DNA of 64,000 nt, taken from positions 1-64,000 of the forward strand of contig NMRA01000769.1 of the NCBI GenBank assembly GCA_002633005.1. Reading direction: 5' to 3'. Every line of letters begins with the position of its first letter. Within the stretch, counting starts at the first letter, position 1. Made by a program: the position numbers and the translations under genes. Below are positions 39,201 to 49,000 of this stretch, in pieces. A model generated the notes under the pieces. The model was not told the origin of the DNA, searched no databases, and saw only the letters and a list, made by a program, of their open reading frames with translations. Source of the DNA: Phoronis australis (lineage: Eukaryota > Animalia > Phoronida).

Positions 39201-41659
39201 ATTTATTGAATAACACAGTGCAACATCTTTAAATTACAATAACATTTGTAAGCAAGTCTCGTTACATATCTTGTCACACTTGACTCATATTGTCAACCGT
39301 GGAACAATGTTTGTACATATTGACGTCCTCTATTTTCACACTTGGCTCATACCGTCAACCGTGGAACAATGTTTGTACATATTGACGTCGTCTATTTTCA
39401 CACTTGACTCATATTGTCAACCGTGGAACAATGTTTGTACATTTTGACGTCCTCTATTTTCACACTTGGCTCATACCGTCAACCGTGGGACAATACGTGT
39501 CCATTTTGACGTCATACAGTGCCATTCTCGACAAATTGTTCATTCAAAGTATGGGTTAGTTGAACTGCTTTTATTTTGTTTACTAAGAAAAAAATATTTG
39601 TTTTGCAGATAGAATGAGTGCCGCTCTTTTCCATTTTGACAAACCTTCAGTTCAAGGTGGCAACGAAACAGCTGGCGTAACCATTCAGTCGCTTGAAGCC
39701 CATGACGTAGATCTCGACTTTGCTGTTTTAAAGCTTAACTTGCAAAGTGAACTACCCCGCCGTCTGAGACACTTTCCCAAGCTGATTGCTCTGCCGCAAG
39801 CGCTAAATAGGTACAGAAAGATCAATAGCAGTGACAAAAGTATAAGCTTCGCCGGACATCCCGGTGGTAATCACAAAGTCGTAGATGCTCAGTGCCGTGT
39901 TGTGCAAATGAAAACACGAGAGGTGAGTTAATGCATAGGCGAAGCAGCACTGAAAAAACCGGGGGCTATAGCCCTCTGTCCCTTTGGTGCACCGCCCATG
40001 TTGTTATTCTTTAAGGAAAGAATCTTTGAAATTATGACCATGTAATTCTTTATCTGCAGGCTGTGGATATCTGAGAAACACCATGCGCTTATCGTTTGGA
40101 TTTTTGTTATCCCATCCCTGAGCAAGCCTAGACCAGACAGTGACTAACTTGTCAACCGATTCACAAGTTAATGCTGGTGAAGTAGCCGCGATGCTGAAAA
40201 CAAATGTTTTTCGATAATTTATCTCTCAATATACCACTGTAATAATTCAAATACGGTTGATATTTAACAGAAATCTTGGTCGTTGGTCTTCATTAGTATT
40301 CGTTTGTTTTAAACTTGTACCCCAAACAAGCGTGTTGGTTTAGCACCACAGTTATCTCATACAAAACGTTCAGACCTAAGCCTTATGCCATAGCAACGAG
40401 CTCTCTAAAAGCCGTAATAGCGCCATCAAGACTTTGATGTGCCGTGCATTTCGCCTGATACCCAGGGAGTAAGCAGTTCACCACTTTTCGTCCGCCTGCA
40501 TGCCAATTTTATTTTAGTATGAACACGAGCAAATACATGTACAACTCTAACATATCCTACCACTGAGGACACCTCATTTTAGTATGAACAAGAATGGATA
40601 CTTGTACAACCCTAAATATCCTCCATCTTAGGACACTTTTTATGCTAAAACTCGAATGAAATCTCTGGAGCAACTGTTTTCACTAAATTAAAATTGGCAG
40701 TTATCGAGACCAGAATGATTAAAACATTTCAAAAATAGACCAGAAATATTTAAAAAATTCAGAAACAGGTAGTTCACATAAGAATCCCGAAAAAACAAAT
40801 GTCATTTAAAGGCAATTGTTATTTTGTTATTCTTCAAGGAACAATTATTTGAAATTATTACCGGGTATTTGTTTATCTGCGACTTGAATTGTCTTGTGGA
40901 TGCCTGAATATAAGACAACTCAGCTGTGTGTGAATACTCGAGCCAATCCTTTTGGGTACTTATTGTCCAACTAACCGCGTTTTTTCGATCAAACCTGCAA
41001 TGGAAATACCAGGTACAATTGTGTTTAGTAAAATTAAAATGACATATGGAGAGCCCAAGTAGAGTTAGGTAATACAGAAACAAGTACAACACTGGCATTT
41101 AAAGCCAATAAATTAAGTGCTATTTAAAATCGAGCGTTAACTAGTACGGCTCTTTAAAGAGGTGTAGCAAAGGAGTGCAAAAGGCTTATTTATGCCAGCC
41201 ATCTTGTTCCTCTCTTTCATGAACAGGTTGGTATTAGCCTTTGTACGAGTTACGGTGCACTGAAAGTGCACATCAACCGTGTGAGTTAGTTTTTCTATAA
41301 AAGGCACCTGTCATTTTCAGCACGACAATCTGAAGAGATGGTCGCAGCAGAAGTTTGGTGCCGATACATACCCAAAGCTAGATGATCAAAGACGGGTCCT
41401 GTACCATACTAGTCCGGATTTTGATAAAGGTAGCTCGGGCAGTCCTGGCTTTGTACCTAACGAATCTCAAGAGCCATGTGTGGCTGTCATGCAGTCGTTT
41501 CTCTTTCCGTTTGTGCAGCCGGGCCACAATGTTCCCATGGGTGAAATGGAAGCCAAGTCTATAGAACAAGGAGTCCGACTAGAGGCTATCTATGATGTTT
41601 TGGCACGTGACAACGAGCCTCTTTGTAAAGATATCTTCCCTAATGGTCGACCGAATTAA
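6273..41659 (+). CDS. Multi-exon gene: 2x ZU5/UPA-like modules + C-terminal FAM111-like trypsin-fold serine protease (~1041 aa). Exons: 6273-6291, 14953-15038, 15846-15885, 18775-19619, 21201-21255, 23844-23951, 27885-28636, 31684-31744, 31858-32088, 35154-35222, 36428-36496, 37303-37371, 38315-38383, 39609-39922, 41321-41659
   Basis: Internal exons all have AG/GT boundaries with compatible phases. The spliced total is 3126 nt, open to TAA at 41657-41659. Protease motifs GTGFRVG..MTNWHVV, DLDFAVL, GHPGG, GSSGSP and IEQG are present, with AATAAA at 41759-41764. The 5' exons are less certain. Confidence 0.75.
7497..8685. repeat. Segmental duplicate A'
   Basis: Colinear with 518-1702. Confidence 0.85.
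9441..10310. repeat. Segmental duplicate B''
   Basis: Colinear with 1716-2520. Confidence 0.8.
10778..11503. repeat. Segmental duplicate C'
   Basis: Colinear with 4445-5216. Confidence 0.85.
12844..13652. other. Assembly gap (N run) with duplicated flanks 12415-12843 / 13653-14076
   Basis: N run; the same ~430 bp lies immediately on both sides. Confidence 0.95.
14953..15038 (+). CDS. Coding exon, N-terminal region (TGDGADREIYLPLFHRSFVDVRRKISQG)
   Basis: ttccgttcag acceptor, GGC|gtaggt donor, phase 1 to 0, open frame. Confidence 0.55.
15720..17640. repeat. Intragenic duplication (linker exon + intron), paralog at ~20708-23130
   Basis: Shared blocks such as tgcgttgaattttgtttcgttt.aggaa, aatggttcggc.tgtttgga and gaccttaaagg.gcat...gtaaaaactacatttcaaa. 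Confidence 0.75.
15846..15885 (+). CDS. Linker exon (EHLLRVKSDAPPT)
   Basis: ttcgttttag acceptor, G|gtaagt donor, phase 0 to 1; paralogous to exon 21201-21255. Confidence 0.65.
18214..18321. repeat. Minisatellite 4 x 27 bp
   Basis: gtatcgt.agatca..aggaccaccct units. Confidence 0.8.
18775..19619 (+). CDS. ZU5 + UPA-like module 1 exon
   Basis: Translates VDGAAGGVIRYKTVQVRVPPNAISGDLNVEFVDQP...VTFSEPVEVRM, matching the ZU5 pattern GG-x-VxIPxxA...FxxPVxV. Acceptor ccctatag, donor CAT|gtaagt; homologous to exon 27885-28636. Confidence 0.75.
19738..20600. mobile_element. MITE/foldback-like element with inverted arrays of ACGTGT(C/A)AA
   Basis: Left arm is rich in acgtgtaaaa/acgtgtcaaa, right arm in ttttacacg/ttgacacgt, with unique sequence between them. 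Confidence 0.6.
21201..21255 (+). CDS. Linker exon (EESASGTPTAILLTPQAT)
   Basis: ttcgtttcag acceptor, G|gtaaga donor, phase 0 to 1. Confidence 0.65.
23844..23951 (+). CDS. Linker exon (THNIGDIDKQISKNPLDASHAVYRQTPDLKVTKTA)
   Basis: tatatttcag acceptor, G|gtatgc donor, 108 nt symmetric phase 1, open. Confidence 0.65.
27885..28636 (+). CDS. ZU5 + UPA-like module 2 exon (N-terminal ZU5 strands not evident)
   Basis: Shares QP, LH.Q, F..PVE.R, GEVTDIT, YC, I.W and L.CH..G..C motifs with module 1. Has LQFS at the ZU5 HFS-equivalent site. Acceptor tttttcag, donor CAG|gtaagt. Confidence 0.75.
31684..31744 (+). CDS. Pro/Ser-rich linker exon (ILKHTIPESPSTSACPPSEQ)
   Basis: tttccag acceptor, C|gtaagt donor, phase 0 to 1. 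Confidence 0.7.
31858..32088 (+). CDS. Trypsin-like (FAM111-type) protease exon 1, catalytic His (codon 32061-32063)
   Basis: CASIALISGSNKSGTGFRVGSQYLMTNWHVV; gtttcag acceptor, G|gttagt donor. Confidence 0.85.
35154..35222 (+). CDS. 69-nt repeat microexon 1 (DETETQTPAACSSTGGDIPEDIT)
   Basis: ttttaccag acceptor, G|gtacat donor, symmetric phase 1, no stop. Confidence 0.65.
35268..35742. mobile_element. MITE-like element, consensus TIR ~ttggtcggacttcaaaac/gttttgaagtccgaccaa; copies at ~36541-37020, 37422-37715, 38428-38752
   Basis: Imperfect terminal inverted repeats and internal ~62-bp repeats (gcagccgactggttttgaatt...gattttgaagtccgg). Confidence 0.6.
36428..36496 (+). CDS. 69-nt repeat microexon 2 (DETETQTPAAGSSTADVIPDDII)
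   Basis: ttttaccag acceptor, G|gtacgt donor, symmetric phase 1. Confidence 0.65.
37303..37371 (+). CDS. 69-nt repeat microexon 3 (DETETQTPAAGSSTADVIPDEIM)
   Basis: ttttaccag acceptor, G|gtacgt donor, symmetric phase 1. Confidence 0.65.
38315..38383 (+). CDS. 69-nt repeat microexon 4 (DETGTQTPAAGSSTVDIIPGNIL)
   Basis: ttttaccag acceptor, G|gtaggt donor, symmetric phase 1. Confidence 0.65.
39274..39513. repeat. Minisatellite ~4 x 62 bp with alternating A/B variants
   Basis: cacacttg units start at 39275, 39337, 39399 and 39461. Confidence 0.9.
39609..39922 (+). CDS. Trypsin-like protease exon 2, catalytic Asp (codon 39716-39718)
   Basis: HDVDLDFAVLKL and FAGHPGGNHKVVD.C motifs; ttttgcag acceptor, GAG|gtgagt donor. 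Confidence 0.85.
41321..41659 (+). CDS. Terminal protease exon, catalytic Ser (codon 41435-41437)
   Basis: Missed by the ORF track. Translates ...RRVLYHTSPDFDKGSSGSPGF...CVAVMQ...SIEQGVRLEAIYDVL...DIFPNGRPN*; cattttcag acceptor. Confidence 0.88.
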   Translation, partial: HDNLKRWSQQKFGADTYPKLDDQRRVLYHTSPDFDKGSSGSPGFVPNESQEPCVAVMQSFLFPFVQPGHNVPMGEMEAKSIEQGVRLEAIYDVLARDNEPLCKDIFPNGRPN

Positions 41660-41758
41660 ATTTTCAGTACGACTGAGGACGTTACCTCAACCACAAAAAT
41701 GAATGTATTATTGACATACACTGTATCTGTATAGCTGTTTTTTGCCAATCATACACGA

Positions 41759-41764
41759 AATAAA
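41759..41764 (+). terminator. Candidate polyadenylation signal AATAAA
   Basis: About 100 nt downstream of the protease stop codon. Confidence 0.4.
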
Positions 41765-42624
41765 ATGTATCGTTCATGTATCATACATGCAATTCTAAGG
41801 TGCACGTGCGGCTTGTGATGACTAAGTAGCACAGCACACATGTTAAGTTCACCACATGTGTTTGTTTGTGTTCTTTATGCTGTCTCTCTACACGAATGTG
41901 CCCGTGCTGTATATGTGCGTGGACCATGATACAACTCCCATGACGATGACACTTGAAAGAAGAAGCAAATCCATGGGCGCTTTTTGAGAACAGAAGCGAC
42001 ATCTTTTGGCGTTGATATCCCACGATTTGGACATTTTACGCTCAGGTAAACGACGTTCAATTAGTTGAACGACACAAAGCAACTATGGCATAAAAATAAT
42101 ATGCGCTTGTAACATATCAGCAATTTGTTTTTCCTAGTCAATAAGCAACATTCAGTTCCCCTGCCTTCGTCAAAGTGACGAATAATTGTATTGCGCTCAT
42201 CTGTAACGTGAGCTATACGTTTCAAAAAGTACGCCCACACCTGCGGTCATAAAAATCAACCAGCGTGAGATTGCTTCATCAAATATTCCAGGCACATTAG
42301 TATTGTACAGTCGTGGTTTACCTTTCCGTAAACAATGCAAGCAAATTGTATTTTTTCATCTTGCCACGTGAATACGGTGTTTTAAAAACTCACATCTGAG
42401 GCCGTTTAAAATTTAACGAGTTTCAGTGCCGATAGCGTACATGTACGTGCGCAGAGAAGCCATGACTGTGTACTTTTTTAAAAGTTTCGTTAGGTGTGTT
42501 TTCAAAGACCTACATAAATCAATGGTGTTAAAATACACAGCGTGTCTGTAAATTTAGACAAACAATGTTTACAACCTACCGCAGTGTATCACCCCAATGA
42601 AATGTAACCGACAGATACATATAC

Positions 42625-43090
42625 ATGTATGTACAATTGAGCGTGCGGTGTATCTTCTGATTGTAGTGAAACTAACATGTATGTATTATGGTGTTGACAG
42701 TGTATCCTCTCGATGACGTGTACCTAACATGTATGTATAATGATACTTAAGTGTATCCTCTCAATGAGGCGACACCACAATATAGGAATAATGGTGCTGA
42801 CAGTGTATCTTCTCAATGAAGTGTTACCAACATATACGCATAATGGTGCTAACAGTGTATACTCTGATTGTATGGTAACTAACATACATGTATAATGGTG
42901 CTAACAGTGTATACTCTGATTGTATGGTAACTAACATAAATGTATAATGGTGCTAACAGTGTATACTCTGATTGTATTGTAACAAACATACGTGTATAAT
43001 GGTACTGACAGTGTATCCTCTCAATGAAGTGTATGAATATACATGTGTAATAGTGCTTACAAAATATCTTTTCAAAGAACCATAACCAAC
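42625..43090. repeat. Minisatellite ~52 bp, about 8 degenerate copies
   Basis: taatggtgctaacagtgtatactctgattgtatggtaactaacata units at 42841, 42893 and 42945. Confidence 0.85.
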
Positions 43091-46000
43091 ATTCTCATAC
43101 AATAGAATGTACATCGGAGACATACACCTTTATTTGCCTAGTCATACTCAGCGTACTTCGTTACCCTGCACGGACTACAAAAATATGTCTGAACTTAGTA
43201 TTTCAAACATTTATTTCCATTATTTTAAGAAAGATGACAAGCTAAATCACTACTTTATTCATCAACAACAGTGTACATTCGGCATTTTGAAAAGCGATCT
43301 TTTCAGAAAAAAATCTCTTAACAGGATATGCTTGTAAAGACATACACTTAATACATTGGGTTTTCGTGTTTACATGAAACTCAAACCCTACAGAAAACAT
43401 TTGAAATAGATAAAAGGATATTGTATTTCATCTTATGCAAAGGTAATGCAAAACCAAATGTAGATTGACAACTTGAAAGATAATTCCTTTACAAGTTGTC
43501 CCTGAGGTAAACTTGTGTTAGAAGTGTTTTTTCCACTGGTACAACAAAATAACGAAAACGGTAAGTTTCTGTACATGTAACTCTTCTACCAACATTCTTG
43601 AATTACATGCATGAAATTCGTTCGAATTCGACTTTGTGAACAATAATTAAAGCAAGAAACGTGAAAACATGCTCTCTTAAAGTGATGAATAACCCTGACC
43701 ACTAATCAACGGAACAGACCAAATTTGTTTTGTAAACTGTCGCACAAGAGAATTTTGTAGCATCCATGCATGTGTTTCCGTTTAACATTGCGTTTTTTGT
43801 TACAGTCACTGCATCAATTCGTTTCAAATCCTTCTGTAAAAACGCATTAATTGCCAACTGAAATTCTTTATTCCGAAGAGTTTATTTTCAGAGTTACTTT
43901 TTCTGCATGAGGTAGTCGCGACACATTCAATGTTGTGTTCTTATATGTACCTCGAATACTGTAATTTTGCAATTAAGTGGTTACGATTTCTACAAACTCC
44001 GCAAGTTATATCAAAATCTGAATAACTATGCATGACTCTTGACACTAAAACCGATCCCAAATTTGCACTTTTATGTATCGGTGACATTAAAATCTACGCT
44101 CACAATCAACCGGTTGTTGATGTTGGCCCCAGGATACTTTCTATCCTTGATACCTTTACAAGTAAAACAAAGGAAACAAGTCCCAACGGAAATATGCGAG
44201 CACGTAATAAAGTAATCAAAAGCGATAACTTCATGTATTTGCAATTACAAGCTACTCCTTTAACATTTTCCACCTTGAAAACAACTGCAGTCGCAACACG
44301 TACAGCGTTTTTTTTTGATTTTACATACAATTCGATTGTAATATTAATCATATCTTAATTGTTATGTGTAAAAACGCCTCATAATCAGCGCTAAAATTTA
44401 TAATTCAGCGAGACCATGTGATTTTCCGTCGATGATTTCGCATGAACACTCACTTTGCTGTCATTACCTCCAATTCCGTTCAGGTCATACAGTTTTACAG
44501 TGATTAAAGAGTTTCGTACGTTACGTTCCATTCTCCTGTAGTGTGAAAACCAAAAACATTTCCAGCATCACGATCTAACCTAGAATCTTGTCAAGCAAGC
44601 ATTTTTGTGTTGGTACACACTACTGTAATTATGTTGGTCAAAGTTTAGTCACACAAACGAATTAAAGGTGACATAATTTGCTTCCCGAATTTTTTAAAGT
44701 AATTTCAAATAGTATTTTCAAATATCGGTTCTCGCCAGGAGCACGGTTACAACACCTGGCTGGATTACATGAGCTAACCAGATGAAAGCAGACAATATGA
44801 GAGCTAAACTATGTAAGCATCGGTTTGTTCTTGCAAAGCAGATGACACGAAAGGTCAGTCAGTCAGTCGGGATACTCATTCGACAGCGCAGGTGTGTAAT
44901 GTACATGTAAACCTTTATAAACCGGTATAAGGGTCAGCGTGGGCGAACAACAAATCATTAATTGTTTGTTTGGGCAAAGTTCTTCTTTTATGTCATAACT
45001 TGATAACTTCCTACTGAGGATACGTATACTCCAGATCGGTCGTCTAAACTAGGCGATCAGTGTGGCGACCCAATAGCCGACCAAAGAGGAAACTCAGCTG
45101 TCGATTTCTCGTAGGCCGTGATTGGCGGCTTGACGACCGGTCTGACGAAAGCTTGTGACGTAAGTTCCTGGACAAAACTGCTATTTTGGAGCTCGACTGT
45201 TATCGACATCATGAGAGAAAGAGCTTCATCGGGGAAGCAAGCAGCAAGAGTTCTTAAAAAACATACGGCACCTCAAGTCGGCGAAAATAAGCACGATAGG
45301 CTTACTGGTGATTTTCAAACATAATTTTTGCTTATTTTGCAAGGTTTTTACTAAGTTTGTTGGGGTAACTTTGACGAAGCTAGAAAAACTTCAACAATTT
45401 AAATCATTTTGTGCAAAGTGTGTGTCTCTCTGTTTCTCTGCTGGTTCACTGCGTATGATTGAGTATGTTCACTGATGATACCTCAGTTTGGTAGTGCGTA
45501 CATGTAGCTTGTTGAATTTCATTACTGTTCTCAGCAACGGTTAACTGTAATGCACGCTATGTCAAACGGATGAAAACATAGGGCCGGATATTGCAATTGT
45601 GAGTCCCGTAACTTAGAGGTAAGTCGGTGCGTGGGGCCTCTACACAAATGTTCACCAAACGATTGTCGCTCAACAAAAGTAATACAAAACAAATCTTTAT
45701 TTTTGGAAAAGAAAGGCAAGTAACGTGACTTTTACACCGATTTAAGAAAGTTTTAAGCGCCAGTCCAGATAAAAACCAGTAGATTTTCAAAAATCAAACA
45801 GAACAACTTCATTTTTGTACCGGGGTTAATAGGCCTATCCTTACAAAAATCTAAACGCCGAATTGTGTGAACTCAATGACGTATAACTTTGCCGCTGGAT
45901 CACGATACTACAAGCTGGCACAATTTGGCATTTTAGCTGTGTCTAAATTTGTATGTTTTCAGCAATGAAAATAAGTATTTTATAAAATACATCAAAAGTC

Positions 46001-49000
46001 GTACTTGTTGGCTGGTATAACCAACGTATACTGCGGCAGGAATGATAACTATAATGACCTCGAGTGTGTTAGGAGACCCCGAAATTAGGTACTGGGGACA
46101 CTCTAGGGAAACTCTGAGCGATAAGTGAAGAAGGCTGAGCCTGAGATAACCTAAGCCTTTCTAGGTTCAGATAACGGTCCACATGTATGTTAACACCCTG
46201 CCCCTTTTCTCCTGGGCATAGTAGTATTGTCACACTTCGCATTTCTGTTTTGAGATATGACTTTGGTGAAAGTCACCAGGTAATGGATGTCTGTGATTGC
46301 TTCACTAAACAACATGCGTAGTACCTTGAAAATAAATCTTTCTGGACTTGAAAGAAGCACCTGTGTTCATTGGAGTGAAGAGACGTTATCTGTCTCAAGT
46401 TTAAGCCAATGCGCCAAGTTCTTTTCCGAAAAACTCATGACCAGGTATAACCACATTCACAAATTTCCACTATTTCCCCTGAGGATTTTACGTGTGGAAA
46501 TCATCCTATACAGATGACGGTAACCTGCCTAAAATACAGGGTAGGTAGGAAAACCAATGTCTCTGAAAATCCTCCATGTGGCAACTTCTCAACACCAAGA
46601 GTTGAGGTTGGCAATGTTTCTAGTGATGAGCCTAAACAAAAGTTCGACATTTTTGTTACAGACGCAGAACCTGGTTAGCATTTGAATAAGGGTAACCACT
46701 ACAAGCATTTACAGAGGGGAAACCACGTAATTGTGATCACATTGCACGATAGTGGTCAGATATGCTTTCAGATGTACGCACCGGGGCGTCATTCGAGACA
46801 GCCTCAGAGTACAGTGTGGATGAGAGAAATGCTCAAGTAGTAGAGTGGGCATTGAACAAACGGTCAAGGTCAACGAGGTTTTCAGTAAAAAGTACAAACT
46901 TTCTGACAAACATATTCTATGGAGGAAAAAAGTCAGGTAAATTACGTTCACCTTCAGAAGTGGACTCCTCCGGGAAAGAGTTTACTTGTGATGATTGGTT
47001 AAGTGAGTCGTAGGTTGCTGGATCTTTTTAACGGTTCTCTGTAGCACCAATGGATTTTGAAAGTTATGCCATTAAAAGTAAATGCCACCCAAAAACAACC
47101 TATTTTGTATCAACTTAGATCGAGTAGTTCCACGCGATAACATCAAGCTCAGTTGTTTTACCTGACACCTGACGGCAGACGGAGTTGTTCAAATTAACTA
47201 GCGGCGTAATACTTGTAGGTTCGAACGCCGTCTGTTCAGCCGTTCACAACAGGCTTACTGGTGTCAACTTGTTGCTTGAATCATCGTTTTACAACAGTTG
47301 TAAAACCCTTATCAATACATCGGATTCTTGAACAAACGAGTTGTCTTATTTCATTGTTACGGATTTACATGTACATTTATTGAACGTACGGTGGCCTACA
47401 GAGTTCGGTCAAGCAGTGTAGACTCCTAAGTTCGGTAAGCCAAGTTATCATGCTCGATCACGGAAGTTTGGGTCGTTTTAGAGATCAATTCGAATCGTTC
47501 TTCGGTGAAATAGAGACATGCAAGATAGCTGTGTGTTGTAACCTTAGACTTGCAAAAGGTTTGTTATGCCAGCCTGTGCCTCGAAACCCTTCAGGCCCGT
47601 TGCGGCCGCCGGGACTGGACTTCTCGAATTTAAACCAGCTTAAGTTGGAAAATGATCCTTCAGTCACAAAAAGACTAAACTAGGGAGCTAAAGAAATAAT
47701 GTGCATGTAATTATTTTGGGGATTTAGCCACGAAACTTATCGGGGAATGCCAAGTCGAGATACCCTTTTACGGAAAGGTCAGGGCAAAATCTGTACAGTA
47801 ACAATGGTATGAATAATGTATTTGTATATCATAAAAGATTCCCCTAACATGTGACCATAGCCTATAAAATCGAGTCATTCTTTAACAACAGCTTTCTGTC
47901 AGCAAACACTGAATTAGCATGCGCTAACACGGCCTCGGATCCCGGCTGTCAATTACCTTTATTTCATCTCAAGGCATTGGTTTAGTCATTGCTGGCTTCT
48001 CGAAACATTTGCACTCACGAATACTCCAAATGCATGAAACATTGCATGCAATGCAACAGACTTTGTTTAAGTTCAATGTATGCATTGGTTATGTTGAGAA
48101 TAATTCATTTTGAAGCAGAACGCAAAATAATAACGTCAACATGCCAACTCGCAATCGTGACGAGAGCTCAACCGACGAAGTCTAAGCAGGTGCATTGTGA
48201 AGTTTCACAGGCTATCAGTTCGATCAGGAACACAGCGATCGAGAAACACTAGAGAGGCACCGTGAACATGCACAGGCAACGGAACGTATGGATAGTTCTT
48301 TGTTAAGCCAGAATTCGTCGGACTCACAGTTGGCTACAGTGACGGAGATGTTCCACGGCCTCATACTTGCTATTAACAAAGTACTTTTCATTCTTCACTA
48401 CCGCAATCGACTTCTTAAGCATTTCGGACTGTCGAGGAAGTCAAAAATCACTATATTCCCGCTTTCCTTGCATCTGCATACTTGAGACGAGCCTAAACGA
48501 TTCACCACAACATAGCAGCATGCATACTGCAAATGAACCACTGACGTCGCTGCGTCGTTTCTCATATTCCCCAAAGTTAAAACGACACCTCACGGCAAAG
48601 TGAGGTCGACCGTATGCGAGGCAAAGTGGATATGGATTGATTAAGACGCTAAAAAGACTAATTAAATCGGGGCGGCATTCTCCTTTAAGTTATTCAACCA
48701 TAGCCAAGCCAAATCGTATTTTCATTTGTTATGAGCTTAACATGCATCACAGTAAAATGCATTCAAACATGCCTACTTAGACGACAAACTTTGCTCCAAA
48801 ATTGAGGAACAGGTCATAAAAAGATAAAGTGCTGAATGAAAGTGTATAAAAAGTGAGATTTTTCTACATCTCACAAAACAAAACCCATGTGCTAACTTTA
48901 AAAACATGTGAGATTCCGGGTGTATACACTAATTTTTGGATTTTATTTTGAGTAACTCTTAAAACCAAGCGTAAACGATGGGATACAGAGAACTTAGCTA

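Noticed and set aside
39274-39513. CRISPR-like regular repeats (also 42625-43090, 2467-2672)
   Set aside because: Contiguous tandem units with no unique spacers, in a eukaryotic context with no cas genes.
46200-46530. Minus-strand frame starting AGYRHLYRMI, possible decayed transposase
   Set aside because: Internal stops and no convincing family motif.
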